Part shown: piece by piece, positions 45,164-55,055 of the stretch | Position numbering within the stretch: the first letter of the stretch is position 1 | Layout: every line of letters begins with the position of its first letter | Source: Chloroflexota bacterium | GTDB taxonomy: Bacteria > Chloroflexota > Anaerolineae > Anaerolineales > Villigracilaceae | Direction of reading: 5' to 3' | Assembly (NCBI GenBank): GCA_029782225.1 | Contig: JAKOVF010000005.1 | Span: 12,949 to 76,948 of the forward strand | DNA: 64,000 nt | Made by a program: the position numbers and the translations under genes | The notes under the pieces: generated by a model | The model's database searches: none | Told to the model about the DNA's origin: nothing | What the model saw: only the letters and a program-made list of their open reading frames with translations

Positions 45164-46007
45164 GGTACTGGCGTCATCAGCATTCGAAAAAGCAACGGGC
45201 TGGAAACTGTTCTTGAAGACCATCCTGGCCCGTTCATATCCGCGCGTGATCGGGATGCAGCGCGAAAAATCGTGGCTGTTCTTCGATGTATTTCTGCCCA
45301 TGCTGGCAGTCGCGGCGTATGTTTACGTATACCGTGCCATCGGCGCGCCGGAAGAATATGTTGGATTTGTGGTGGTCGGCGGCGCGATGACCGCGTTCTG
45401 GATGAACATCCTGTGGAGCATGTCGAGCCAGCTATATTGGGAGAAGGAACAGGGCAACCTGTCGCTGTACATCATGGCGCCGAATTCGATGATGGCGATC
45501 CTGCTCGGCATGGCTCTGGGTGGGCTGGTCGCAACCGCATTGCGCGCTGTTGCGATCATCGTGATCGGTTCCATCCTCTTTCATGTCCAATACTCGGTGA
45601 GCAGCTTCACGAATCTGATCGTGGTGTTCCTGCTTGCAATGACCGCGCTCTACGGCATGGGCATGATGAGCGCGTCGCTTTTCCTGCTCTTAAGCCGGGA
45701 AGCCTGGCACATTGCCAACCTGGCACAGGAACCGGTCTATCTTGTGACGGGTTTCTACTTCCCGATCAAATCGTTCAACTTCTGGATCGCGCTGGCCGCG
45801 TCCTTTATCCCGCTCACACTCGGGTTGGACGCGATGCGTCAGTTGATCTTTCCCTCCGGCGCAGCACTTGGTTTTCTGAACGTAACCGTGGAGATCGCGG
45901 TGCTGGTTGTCCTTTGCATCTTCTTTGTCGCGGGAGCCAAGTTCCTGCTCGATTACATGGAAAAGCTTGCCATCCGCGAAGGAAGATTGACGGAAAGCCG
46001 CCGCTAG
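45150..46007 (+). CDS. ABC-2 family transporter permease
   Basis: Six TM helices. The start at MQTNKV overlaps the ATPase stop by 14 bp. Confidence 0.7.
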   Translation: MQTNKVLASSAFEKATGWKLFLKTILARSYPRVIGMQREKSWLFFDVFLPMLAVAAYVYVYRAIGAPEEYVGFVVVGGAMTAFWMNILWSMSSQLYWEKEQGNLSLYIMAPNSMMAILLGMALGGLVATALRAVAIIVIGSILFHVQYSVSSFTNLIVVFLLAMTALYGMGMMSASLFLLLSREAWHIANLAQEPVYLVTGFYFPIKSFNFWIALAASFIPLTLGLDAMRQLIFPSGAALGFLNVTVEIAVLVVLCIFFVAGAKFLLDYMEKLAIREGRLTESRR

Positions 46008-46096
46008 CCCTCATCCCCAACCCTTCCCCCGAAATGGGAAGGGAGTCCCCTCTTCCTGCGGGAGAGGGCTAGGGTGAGGGCATATTAGGAGATTTT

Positions 46097-46951
46097 ATGA
46101 ACCGCTCCGAAACTGCTCGTTCTTTTACCATGGCTACCTGGCTTGGCTGGCAGATCGAATCAAACTGGACTGACCCGTTTCTGTTCGCCATATATGTCAT
46201 CATCAAGCCGCTATCTGCCGCGGCCATCCTGGTTGTGATGTATTCGCTCATTACCGGCGGCAATTACAACTCGCCGCTCTTTCCTTACATCTACTTGGGG
46301 AACGCCTTTTATACCTATGTTGGTGCAGTGATGGTTGGCGTTTCCTGGGCCGTGATCGACGACCGGGAGCATTACAAAACGCTCAAGTATATGTACATTG
46401 CACCGATCAAGATTCCCTTTTACTGGCTGGGCCGCGGCGTGGCGCGCTTTCTGATAGGAACCGTCGCAGTTTTCGTGATCCTGGCTGCAGGCGTCTGGCT
46501 CCTGCACCTACCGCTCGACCTTACCAGGGCGAACTGGGGATTGTTCATCGTTTCCTTATTCATTGGCGTGTTGATGCTTGCCATGATGGGATTGATCCTT
46601 GCCAGTGTGACACTTCTGTTCGCGCATCATGTTGGCATGATCGGCGAGGCAGTCGCTGGCGCACTCTACCTCTTTAGCGGCGCGATCTTCCCACTCGAGG
46701 TGCTGCCTGCCTGGCTTCGCCCGATCGGCTATGCCATGCCTATCACCTACTGGCTTGAACTGATGCGGCGATCTCTGATCGGCAGCGTGGCCGAAGCTTT
46801 TCCCACTCTCGCGCGGTTCAGCAACCTGCAGTTGCTGGGCATCCTGACCGCGCTGACCGTCGTGTTCGCGGTCATTGCAGTCTTCACCTTCCGCTGGTGT
46901 GACTATCGCGCCCGCGAGCGCGGCTTGATTGACCGCGTCACAAATTATTAA
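46097..46951 (+). CDS. ABC-2 family transporter permease (second subunit)
   Basis: Six TM helices and similar topology, downstream of the first permease. Confidence 0.7.
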   Translation: MNRSETARSFTMATWLGWQIESNWTDPFLFAIYVIIKPLSAAAILVVMYSLITGGNYNSPLFPYIYLGNAFYTYVGAVMVGVSWAVIDDREHYKTLKYMYIAPIKIPFYWLGRGVARFLIGTVAVFVILAAGVWLLHLPLDLTRANWGLFIVSLFIGVLMLAMMGLILASVTLLFAHHVGMIGEAVAGALYLFSGAIFPLEVLPAWLRPIGYAMPITYWLELMRRSLIGSVAEAFPTLARFSNLQLLGILTALTVVFAVIAVFTFRWCDYRARERGLIDRVTNY

Positions 46952-47039
46952 GCAGAGGCCCTCGCTACCCCGGCAGGCGGGGCATGAGTGCGATAAAATG
47001 GACACGCGTTCGCGTGTCCTTCTTTTTTCGGAGGAAATC

Positions 47040-47570
47040 ATGTCTCGAGATCCATCTGCCTCCCCGATCTATCTCGGCGAATTAAATAACACTCCCCTTG
47101 GAGATTTCCGCCTCGCGGCCTCGGACTTCGGCCTGGTCGCCGTTGAATGGGCAGAATCCCAACTCGAGTTTGACGCGTACTTGTACAAACTAAAACGTCC
47201 CTGCCAGCCGAATGTAAAAAAGATCGCCCCTTATGTAAAGGAACTACGTGAGTACATCGAAGGCAGGCGGACTGCATTCACCATCCCCATCGACTGGACT
47301 CTCTTCCGCCCGTTCCAACGCGAGGCTCTTCAGGCCGTTTTTAGAATCCCCTATGGTGAAACGCGCACCTACAGTGAAATCGCGGAGCAGATCAATCGTC
47401 CGCATGCCCCTCGCGCGGTCGGCCGCGCCAATGCGACCAACCCCATGCCTCTGGTCATCCCCTGTCACCGTGTCATCGGCACGGACGGCAAACTCCACGG
47501 CTACGGCGGCGGGGAAGGATTACCTACGAAGGAATGGTTGTTGAAGATGGAAGGCGCGGTGATTACTTGA
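47040..47570 (+). CDS. ogt: Methylated-DNA--protein-cysteine methyltransferase
   Basis: IPCHRVIG active-site motif with a preceding TYSEIAEQINRPHAPRAVGRANATNP helix-turn-helix region. Confidence 0.8.
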   Translation: MSRDPSASPIYLGELNNTPLGDFRLAASDFGLVAVEWAESQLEFDAYLYKLKRPCQPNVKKIAPYVKELREYIEGRRTAFTIPIDWTLFRPFQREALQAVFRIPYGETRTYSEIAEQINRPHAPRAVGRANATNPMPLVIPCHRVIGTDGKLHGYGGGEGLPTKEWLLKMEGAVIT

Positions 47571-47603
47571 AGTGCATTCGAATGACTTCAAGCATTACAT
47601 GAT

Positions 47604-47641
47604 AAACTCGGGCATTAACCAAAACCCGAGTTTATTTTTAT
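47604..47641 (+). terminator. Rho-independent terminator after ogt (AAACTCGGG/CCCGAGTTT stem then ATTTTTAT)
   Basis: Seen directly in the sequence. Confidence 0.6.
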
Positions 47642-47657
47642 CTGGGAAAATACACCC

Positions 47658-48173
47658 TTGAACATCCTCCTCGAACTATTCTGGGTATTCTTAAAAGTCA
47701 ATCTGTTGAGTACGTCCGGGCCTGCTTCGGTGGGATTGCTTTATCACGAGGCCGTTGGCAAATTTGTCACCGAGGCGCAATTCGTGCAGGCGGTTGGTTT
47801 CTCAGCCGTACTTCCTGGAAGTGACGCCTTGCAGCTTGCCATGTACGTTGGGTATGCCGCGGCTGGAATCCCCGGCGGATTGGTGGCGTTATTCGCATCC
47901 ATTCTGCCTCCTACCCTCATTATCCTCGGCGTGACCATGATCCTGCACCGATTACGCCGCGAAGCCTGGATCAGCAGTTTCATCACCGGGCTGACCCCCG
48001 CAATTTCCGTGCTGATGATCTTTACAGCCTGGAAGATATTTCAAAAAGGCGGGGCCATCGGCTGGCAGGGCTGGCTGATCGGGATTGTCTGCCTGATTGC
48101 GATGTGGCTGAAAGCACCTGAACGTCTTGTCGTGCTCATTGCAGGAATAGTTGGCGTGATTTTCCTTCGATGA
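47658..48173 (+). CDS. chrA: Chromate transporter ChrA, short (half-size) subunit 1
   Basis: KVNLLSTSGPASVGLLYHEAV..AVLPGSDALQLAMYVGY is the CHR family signature. About 170 aa. Confidence 0.8.
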   Translation: MNILLELFWVFLKVNLLSTSGPASVGLLYHEAVGKFVTEAQFVQAVGFSAVLPGSDALQLAMYVGYAAAGIPGGLVALFASILPPTLIILGVTMILHRLRREAWISSFITGLTPAISVLMIFTAWKIFQKGGAIGWQGWLIGIVCLIAMWLKAPERLVVLIAGIVGVIFLR

Positions 48174-48712
48174 ATCGATCCAATTTCACTGTCTGGATAA
48201 AATTATTATGGATGTTCCTCAAGGTGAATTTGCTTTCACCTTCCGGCCCGGCTTCCGTCGGCCTGTTATACAGGGAAGCCGTTGGAACAATCATGACGGA
48301 GGAACGCTTTGTCGAAGCGGTGGGCTTCTCGAACGTCCTGCCCGGAAGCGAAGCGCTGAAGCTGGCGATGTTCGTCGGCTTTGCGGCAGGCGGAATCCCG
48401 GGCGTGTTCACAGCACTGCTGGGCGCGGTCCTGCCACCCACGGTGATGATGTTCATTTTGGCAACGGTGCTTCAAAGGTTCCAGCATGAAGACTGGCTGG
48501 GCGGCTTTGTAGCAGGGATGAGTCCCGCGGTGGCCGCGTTGATCATCGTGGTGGCCATCGAACTTCTGCGCGTCGGCCAGACCAAAAAACTTGGTAAACG
48601 GACTCTGCTCATCGCCGCTCTCAGCGCGGTGGCCTTCTATTTTGAAGTCCCATCACCGTTTGTCCTGTTGGGCGCTGGGATTTTGGGCGTGCTCCTGTTT
48701 CGTAATGGATAG
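48170..48712 (+). CDS. chrA: Chromate transporter ChrA, short subunit 2
   Basis: Paralogous signature KVNLLSPSGPASVGLLYREAV. It overlaps subunit 1 by 4 bp (ATGA). Confidence 0.8.
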   Translation: MNRSNFTVWIKLLWMFLKVNLLSPSGPASVGLLYREAVGTIMTEERFVEAVGFSNVLPGSEALKLAMFVGFAAGGIPGVFTALLGAVLPPTVMMFILATVLQRFQHEDWLGGFVAGMSPAVAALIIVVAIELLRVGQTKKLGKRTLLIAALSAVAFYFEVPSPFVLLGAGILGVLLFRNG

Positions 48713-48716
48713 CAAA

Positions 48717-49565
48717 ATGAAACTTGATCTATTAATTGCAACCAACGGCTTCAAGGGGACCTGGCCTGCCATTGAATATGGCGCGTGGCTGGCGCGGACT
48801 CTGCCCGCTAAAGTTACGCTTCTGGGCGTGACCGAGCACCTGAGTCCCGCTGCGATAGACGACCACCACCCTTTGGAGGATGTCTTCGCCCGCGCCGTGG
48901 AACTGTTTCAGCAGAACGGCGTGGAATACACCCTCGAAGTTGAGAACGGGCATGCCGAGCAGATCATCCCGCTCAAAGCAAGCGAGAGGGATTTCATCAC
49001 AGTCCTTGGCCCGCTGGGGCGCCCACAGCTGCGACGCTGGTTGATGAGGCGCTCGATTCATTATTTGATGGAACAGATCAAGGGACCGATTCTATATGTT
49101 CCTCAAGCGTGTCTGCCTTTGAAGAAGGTCTTAATCTGCTTTGGCGGCCTGGGTTATGAAGTGACGGCTGAACACCTGGGTGTGCAGATGGCCATGAGGA
49201 GCCACGCTGAAATTACGCTGTTGCACGTTGTCCCGCCCGTAGACATGGAATATCCCACCACGCGCGTCGAGCGCGAGCACTGGCAGAGTCTTGTGGAAAC
49301 AGACACGCCTGTGGGCCGCAGCTTGCGTGAAGCGGTGGAGTTTGCGAAAGCCAACGGGTTGACAGCGACTGCTAAATCGCGTCAGGGAAACGTGGTGGAA
49401 CAGATACTGGCTGAGGTGCGCACGAACGACTATGAGCTGATCTGCATGGGTTCTGCCTATAGCGCCAGCCCATTGCGGCAGATCTATACTCCAAATGTCA
49501 CCGCCGAAGTGACTGACGCCGGGATTTGTCCGGTGTTGACGGCAAGATACAAAAAAGAAGCATAG
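48717..49565 (+). CDS. Tandem universal stress protein (UspA) domain protein
   Basis: Two alpha/beta Usp-like halves (VTLLGVTE..., ITLLHVVPP...). Start at MKLDLL, directly after the chrA stop. Confidence 0.65.
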   Translation: MKLDLLIATNGFKGTWPAIEYGAWLARTLPAKVTLLGVTEHLSPAAIDDHHPLEDVFARAVELFQQNGVEYTLEVENGHAEQIIPLKASERDFITVLGPLGRPQLRRWLMRRSIHYLMEQIKGPILYVPQACLPLKKVLICFGGLGYEVTAEHLGVQMAMRSHAEITLLHVVPPVDMEYPTTRVEREHWQSLVETDTPVGRSLREAVEFAKANGLTATAKSRQGNVVEQILAEVRTNDYELICMGSAYSASPLRQIYTPNVTAEVTDAGICPVLTARYKKEA

Positions 49566-49580
49566 ACTTCGCTTCCAAAA

Positions 49581-49610
49581 GCAAAAATCCGCTTTTCGGC
49601 GGATTTTTGC
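49581..49610. terminator. Bidirectional rho-independent terminator (GCAAAAATCCGC-ttttc-GGCGGATTTTTGC)
   Basis: Perfect 12-bp stem between the convergent usp and folP genes. Confidence 0.7.
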
Positions 49611-49633
49611 TTCATCTATGAATATGAAACTGA

Positions 49634-50518
49634 CTACACACGTCTTACCAGCGCATCCGTCATCTTTGCCACGCGGGCGATTTGCACCACATCATGCACA
49701 CGGACAATGTCTGCGCCGCGGGCGATGCCGATGGCAATCGTGGCGGCTGTCCCTTCAACGCGTTGATCGGCAGGCAGGTCGAGCGTGAACCCGATAAAGG
49801 ACTTGCGCGAGGGCCCCAACAGAACTGGATATCCCAAAGCCCGGATTTCGTCTAAACGGTTGATCAGCTCGAGATTATGAGTTACCGTCTTGCCGAAGCC
49901 AATTCCGGGGTCCAGAATGATGCGGCCGTCAGGAATACCAACTTTATGTGCGATCGCGACACTGTCCATCAGCTCGCGCTTTACATCTTCGATTAGATTT
50001 TGATATTCAGAGCCGATGTAGGCATTCCCGAGTTTCTCGCGGACTTCCACACTGGCCGGGTTACTGCGATTGTGCATGAGGATTACAGGGACGCGATATT
50101 TTGCAGCAACCTTTCCAAGCTCAGGGTCCGCGCGCAAGGCCCAGACATCATTCAAGATCTGCGCGCCTGCCCTGAAAGCTTCCACTGCCACGCTGGCTTT
50201 ATAGGTATCAATGGAAATCAGTGCGTCGGGAAAATTCTGCTTGAGCGCCTGAACCACCGGGATGACGCGCTCCATCTCCTGCTCGGTCGTGACAGGCGCG
50301 GACCCCGGCCGAGTGGATTCGCCTCCCACGTCGAGAATGTGCGCGCCAGCATCGAGAAATTCCTTTGCCTGGGAAAGAGACACCTCAACGGCCGGTCCCT
50401 TTGCGATGATGCCATCTCCGCTGAAACTATCCGGCGTGACGTTGAGAATGCCCATCACATAGGTGCGGGAACCCCATTCAAAGGTGAAATTGCCAACCTG
50501 GAGGGAAGAGGATTTCAT
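49634..50518 (-). CDS. folP: Dihydropteroate synthase
   Basis: VMGILNVTPDSFSGDG N-terminal motif and the Pterin_bind pattern throughout. Confidence 0.9.
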   Translation of the reverse strand: MKSSSLQVGNFTFEWGSRTYVMGILNVTPDSFSGDGIIAKGPAVEVSLSQAKEFLDAGAHILDVGGESTRPGSAPVTTEQEMERVIPVVQALKQNFPDALISIDTYKASVAVEAFRAGAQILNDVWALRADPELGKVAAKYRVPVILMHNRSNPASVEVREKLGNAYIGSEYQNLIEDVKRELMDSVAIAHKVGIPDGRIILDPGIGFGKTVTHNLELINRLDEIRALGYPVLLGPSRKSFIGFTLDLPADQRVEGTAATIAIGIARGADIVRVHDVVQIARVAKMTDALVRRV

Positions 50519-50519
50519 G

Positions 50520-50640
50520 GAAGAGTATCGTCATTGCGAGCGAGTGCCAACAAGCGAAGCAATCCCCAAATCAACAAGACATTGCTTTGTCGTGCTACCG
50601 CATTCCTCGCAACCCCGCCGTAGGCAGGCGGGGCAATGAC
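50520..50640. repeat. MITE-like repeat, copy R2 (most complete: 11-bp terminal inverted repeats GTCATTGCGAG / CTCGCAATGAC)
   Basis: cgtcattgcgagcgagtgccaacaagcgaagcaatcccc ... gacattgctttgtcgtgctaccgcattcctcgcaa[ccccgccgtaggcaggcgggg]caatgacattaag. The arms are mutually complementary. Confidence 0.65.
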
Positions 50641-50641
50641 A

Positions 50642-51064
50642 TTAAGGGATCTGATCTAAGGGACGCCCAAGCCAGGCCTCTGCTTCATTGATATCAGTAA
50701 AAAGCTTCATTGCAGAGGCTGTTTCAGGCAAGGCCATCGCGGCCACGTTGCGAATCGCATTTGCCACCTGATTATCTGCGACGACAACCGCTACACGGAT
50801 ATGGCGCGCAGAGGGATCGCTATTCGCCTCCACAGCCATGCGGATCGCTTTTTCGGGAATTTCCTTCACCGCGCGTAAATCGTAGAGGTTGCGTGTTCGA
50901 CGGTCCACCCCCAGGAGGTGTTCGAGTGCGAAATCATGCCAGTGTTGAAGCGTCGCGTCAGAGAGGTCAGTGAACGTAAGGGTCATTCCGCCATCGCCGC
51001 GGCGTACAACGGTGTAGCCGATGCCAGGAGCGGGGCTAAAGTTCAGGGGTTTGGGTTGAGTCAT
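50642..51064 (-). CDS. Hypothetical protein (140 aa), possibly STAS/SpoIIAA-like
   Basis: Open frame with typical codon usage. No confident motif. Confidence 0.3.
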   Translation of the reverse strand: MTQPKPLNFSPAPGIGYTVVRRGDGGMTLTFTDLSDATLQHWHDFALEHLLGVDRRTRNLYDLRAVKEIPEKAIRMAVEANSDPSARHIRVAVVVADNQVANAIRNVAAMALPETASAMKLFTDINEAEAWLGRPLDQIP

Positions 51065-51145
51065 AGATCGCCTCCGAAGTGCAGTTGGTCTCTATTTCAT
51101 TATAACAACACATGAGGCTTTGAGATATGGAGGACTAACCTTGTT

Positions 51146-51718
51146 TTACTGAATCGACTCGATGAAGGTCTGGATCAAGTCGTCATCCCAGCGGTCGGTG
51201 GTGCCCTGGAACATCAAAATCGTCGGGCCTTTGTCACCCTTGAAAATCGCCATCCATTGCCGGAACTGGACCGTGCTCGATGAAGTGGTCTCGCTAATGG
51301 TGACATTGACATCCTCCCCGCGAATGACCTCTATACGCTGCTCAACGACTTTCATCTGCATGTTCGGCTGGTTGTTCTGCTGACTGAACGCCCGCTGCAT
51401 CTGCTCCTGGCTCATGGATGTGCCTCCAGTGAATTGCATCATCATGATCATTATATCTGTGGAGGCGGATGAAGTGGGTATGAGCGAGACCACATCGTAA
51501 TTTAGAAAGGACATGCCCATATTCAGCTCATAACCATCAGGGATATCAAATTGAGCAATGCTGTCGCTGACCCTGGCGATATCGGTGGGATCCGTCTTGA
51601 AGGTGTTCTTGACACGCGATCCGATCTCACGGATGACCAGGAATGATGCGACCGCCGCGCACATACAAAGTCCCGCGACGATGCCGACGCCAATCCAAAT
51701 CTTGTTGTTCTTGTTCAT
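51146..51718 (-). CDS. Hypothetical membrane-anchored protein (N-terminal TM, Met/Gln-rich middle)
   Basis: N-terminal hydrophobic helix IWIGVGIVAGLCMCAAVASFLVI. No recognised domain. Confidence 0.3.
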   Translation of the reverse strand: MNKNNKIWIGVGIVAGLCMCAAVASFLVIREIGSRVKNTFKTDPTDIARVSDSIAQFDIPDGYELNMGMSFLNYDVVSLIPTSSASTDIMIMMMQFTGGTSMSQEQMQRAFSQQNNQPNMQMKVVEQRIEVIRGEDVNVTISETTSSSTVQFRQWMAIFKGDKGPTILMFQGTTDRWDDDLIQTFIESIQ

Positions 51719-51736
51719 CGCGTATCCTCCTCCAAA

Positions 51737-52573
51737 TCACTCTGAACGCGAATTTTGTTGTTTCCACGCCACATAGATGGCCGCCAGCATATCGTCCGAG
51801 TTCTGAACTGGATATTCGCCAGTTGATTCGCCCAGCTTTTCCAGGAGCGTGTTCAGAATATGACCTGCCAGCTGCTGGCGATTGGTCAACTGGCCGCGGC
51901 GCAGCAGGTATTCTTCGATAATCTGGATATCCTCCGTCTTGAGGCGATCCATCGGGAAGGAGAGCGGAGCCGTGCTGTTTGTGGTAACAGCGCCGAGTGT
52001 GCGCTGACGGTTTGCAGTCAGTTCCTGTAATTCGCTCGTCTTCTTTTCATGGACCACAACGGTCCCGGCCGAAAGGTCACCGAGGCGCCGTGAATTGTGA
52101 GTGACGAACATCGTCACCACTCCCACGCCGTAGGCCACGGGCAGCAGGTCAATCGTGCGGACCAGATTGCGGATCACCACCTCGGAGGCAGAGACCGGCG
52201 TCCCGTCCACACGGATCACACGCAGGCTGACCAGGCGTTTGCCCGGGGTTTGTCCATTCCAGAGGATCTCAAAGAAGATATAGTAGCCCCAGTAAAAGAC
52301 AAAACTGAGTAGGACCAGGATGCCGAAAACCCAGTAGAGAACCTTTGCATCGGATGAACTGCCTGAGGAATCCAGCAGTGAGAAACCTGACATCCGAGAC
52401 AGGACCCACAGCAGAGTCCCAAAGACAATCACCTGTAACAGGCCAATGATGAACGTATCCACTAGGGCTGCCAGGAAGCGCGACCCGATCCCTGCCACCG
52501 AATAATCAAAGGTGACATTTTCAGGAGTGTCGATTTTCAGAGTGTCAAACGAATTGGTCATGTGTATAATCAC
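51737..52573 (-). CDS. RDD family membrane protein
   Basis: GIGSRFLAALVDTFIIGLL ... GQTPGKRLVSLRV are typical RDD motifs. Confidence 0.7.
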   Translation of the reverse strand: MIIHMTNSFDTLKIDTPENVTFDYSVAGIGSRFLAALVDTFIIGLLQVIVFGTLLWVLSRMSGFSLLDSSGSSSDAKVLYWVFGILVLLSFVFYWGYYIFFEILWNGQTPGKRLVSLRVIRVDGTPVSASEVVIRNLVRTIDLLPVAYGVGVVTMFVTHNSRRLGDLSAGTVVVHEKKTSELQELTANRQRTLGAVTTNSTAPLSFPMDRLKTEDIQIIEEYLLRRGQLTNRQQLAGHILNTLLEKLGESTGEYPVQNSDDMLAAIYVAWKQQNSRSE

Positions 52574-52623
52574 GGAATGAAATCGGACGGCGGGAATTTT
52601 CGCTCACTCCCCAGGAAGAAGAT

Positions 52624-53592
52624 ATGAATCCAGATGAATTTTACCAGTCTCGCAGGCAGGAATGGGAACTCTTAAGTACGCTCGTGGAGAGCGGAGGAAA
52701 AGATATTCATCGTCTTTCACCGGAAAACATCGAGAAACTGGCCAGCCTGTACCGCGCGGCCAGTTCTGACCTCGCGCTGGCGAAGCGAGATTTTCCGCGT
52801 CACCAGGTCGCTCAGTATCTCAATCAACTTGTCGGACGCGCTCATGCCATGCTGTATCAGGGTGAGCCGCTGGCATGGAACCGCATCCGCGACTTTGCTT
52901 TGGCGGGTTTCCCGCGCCTGTTCCGCGAAACCCTGGCTTTCACCACAGCCGCGTTTCTCATGTTCATCATTCCGGCGGTGCTGGCAGGTGTAAACGTCGC
53001 TTCTTCCCCAAAGACAGCCCAATGGTATCTGCCCGCAGAAGTCCAAAGCCTGATCCCCATCGTTGAAAACAAGGAACTGTGGATTGACATGCCGATCGAG
53101 CAGCGCCCCTTTATCTCAGCGTTCATCATGCAGAATAATATCCGCGTCTCGATCCTTGCCTTCGGCAGCGGATTGACCGGCGGTCTGCTCACGCTTTGGA
53201 TTCTGATCGAAAACGGATTGATCCTGGGAGGCTTGTTGGGGCTGACCACGTATTATGGGATCGGCTTTGATCTCGCCACCTTCGTCATTGGACATGGCGT
53301 GATCGAGTTGAGCGTGATCTTCATGTCCGGCGGCTCAGGCTTGATGTTGGGCTGGGCCATCCTTCATCCCGGCTTGATGCGGCGCCGTGACGCGCTCGCG
53401 CTGGCGGCGCGGAACTCGATCAAGTTACTGGGCGGTGCTGTACCGTGGTTGATCGTAGCCGGAACCATCGAAGCATTTATTTCCCCTTCAGAAACCATCC
53501 CCTGGCCGGTCAAGTGGGCAGTCGGTATAGGCAGTGGGATCATCTTCTATAGCTATTTGTTTCTTGCAGGGCGCGAGAAGAAGCGACATTAG
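52624..53592 (+). CDS. Stage II sporulation protein M-like (DUF95) membrane protein
   Basis: Cytoplasmic N-terminal helical region followed by about 6 TM helices. It sits in a neighbourhood with DUF58 and MoxR, as is typical for this family. Confidence 0.55.
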   Translation: MNPDEFYQSRRQEWELLSTLVESGGKDIHRLSPENIEKLASLYRAASSDLALAKRDFPRHQVAQYLNQLVGRAHAMLYQGEPLAWNRIRDFALAGFPRLFRETLAFTTAAFLMFIIPAVLAGVNVASSPKTAQWYLPAEVQSLIPIVENKELWIDMPIEQRPFISAFIMQNNIRVSILAFGSGLTGGLLTLWILIENGLILGGLLGLTTYYGIGFDLATFVIGHGVIELSVIFMSGGSGLMLGWAILHPGLMRRRDALALAARNSIKLLGGAVPWLIVAGTIEAFISPSETIPWPVKWAVGIGSGIIFYSYLFLAGREKKRH

Positions 53593-53742
53593 TGTCACTC
53601 TCCCAAAGGACACACCGTACTTGCGCTCGGTGCAAGTGTCGGGACGATGTGAGGGAGCGTATGCCGCGACCGAAGAGTCTGGTTCATCAGAGCAGAGATT
53701 CTTCGCTTCGCTCAGAATGACATACCAGTGCTCAGAGTGACA

Positions 53743-55053
53743 TCACAAAATCATCCTCCCCTTCAATTCCAGGTACCGATTGATGACTGCCATCGAAAGC
53801 TGATTGGCAGGGACATCCAAGGTCAGTACGCCGCGCTTGCGTAATGTGTCTAGAATGACTTTCCTTTCATCCAGCATCTGCCGGGCCGTCGCGCGCTGAT
53901 AGACTGTGAGGGAATCATGCGGCTGTTGCTCCGAGGCTTTGTGCACATCGGGGTCGCTGATCGTCACCACCAGCGGCAAACTCGAACGGGCCAGCAGCGA
54001 CACCTGTGCCACCAATGACTCCATGCTGGCGCCGCTGCTCAAATCCGTAAAGATCACAATCAGAGCGCGGCGTCTCTGTTTGGCCGCAAGATAGGTCAGT
54101 GCCTTGCGGTAATTGGGCTCGATCTGCTGAGCATCCACGCCATATAAAACTTCCAACATGCGATAGAACTGACCGCGTCCCTGGCGCGGCGCGAGATAGT
54201 GACTCACGTCATCCGCAAAGCTCATCACTCCCACACGGTCACCCTTGCCGGTTGCTACATAACCGAGCAATAAAACCGCGTTCACTGCATAATCCAGCTT
54301 GGCGATATCCGCCACGGGCGATTGCATCATGCGGCCTGTATCGAGCACGGCCATTACATTCTGGCTCCGCTCCGTCTGATACTGGATCGTCACCGGGCGA
54401 TGACGCCGCGCGGTCGCCTTCCAATTGATACGGCGATATTCGTCGTCAGGCAGGTACTCGCGCAGCCGCTCGAACTCGGTCCCTTCGCCGAACATGCGCG
54501 TGTTCCGCAGACCAATTTCCTGCAGGCGATTGCGCCGCAGCATCAGGTCATACTTCCGCACATCCATCAGATTTGGGTAGACCTTCACGGGATTTGCGGC
54601 TTTGACCCTACCCTGTCTTAAAACTAATCGCAGCGGGCCCAGCCAACGCAGGCTGATATCCCCAAATTGATAATCGCCTCGTCTCAATGGTTGGACATGG
54701 TAGATGCCTTCCCAGGCACCGAGCGGCTGGGCTTCTCCACTCAACAAACGCGTCTCGATTCTGAATTGCTCGGGCGCTTCATCGCGGACCGTGAAACTGG
54801 TCCCGCGTCGAGAACGATTCCTCAAGTTGATGGTGACCGGATTATCCACACCCAGTGACAGTTTGGTGTCGTGAAGACGCGCCACTTCAAATCGATCCAC
54901 GCGGCCTGCCAGATACCAATCCATGTAGAACAACAGGATGACAAGTAACGCGTAAACCCAACCGACCCATTCCATCGCTTTGAACCATGTGCCAAGCGCG
55001 ATGATGGGCGCGGCGAGCAGAAGAATCAGGATAGCCCGCGTGGTGGGAATCAT
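53743..55053 (-). CDS. DUF58 domain protein (vWA-like partner of MoxR)
   Basis: N-terminal TM pair and a vWA-like core (VMAVLDTGRMM...). It is immediately downstream of the MoxR gene with a 3-bp gap. Confidence 0.7.
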   Translation of the reverse strand: MIPTTRAILILLLAAPIIALGTWFKAMEWVGWVYALLVILLFYMDWYLAGRVDRFEVARLHDTKLSLGVDNPVTINLRNRSRRGTSFTVRDEAPEQFRIETRLLSGEAQPLGAWEGIYHVQPLRRGDYQFGDISLRWLGPLRLVLRQGRVKAANPVKVYPNLMDVRKYDLMLRRNRLQEIGLRNTRMFGEGTEFERLREYLPDDEYRRINWKATARRHRPVTIQYQTERSQNVMAVLDTGRMMQSPVADIAKLDYAVNAVLLLGYVATGKGDRVGVMSFADDVSHYLAPRQGRGQFYRMLEVLYGVDAQQIEPNYRKALTYLAAKQRRRALIVIFTDLSSGASMESLVAQVSLLARSSLPLVVTISDPDVHKASEQQPHDSLTVYQRATARQMLDERKVILDTLRKRGVLTLDVPANQLSMAVINRYLELKGRMIL

Positions 55054-55055
55054 GT

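Noticed and set aside
47658-48712. Two short chrA genes as a frameshifted pseudogene of a full-length ChrA
   Set aside because: Each half has its own start. The pair has an ATGA overlap and intact signature motifs. Short-chain heterodimeric CHR pairs are a known natural arrangement.
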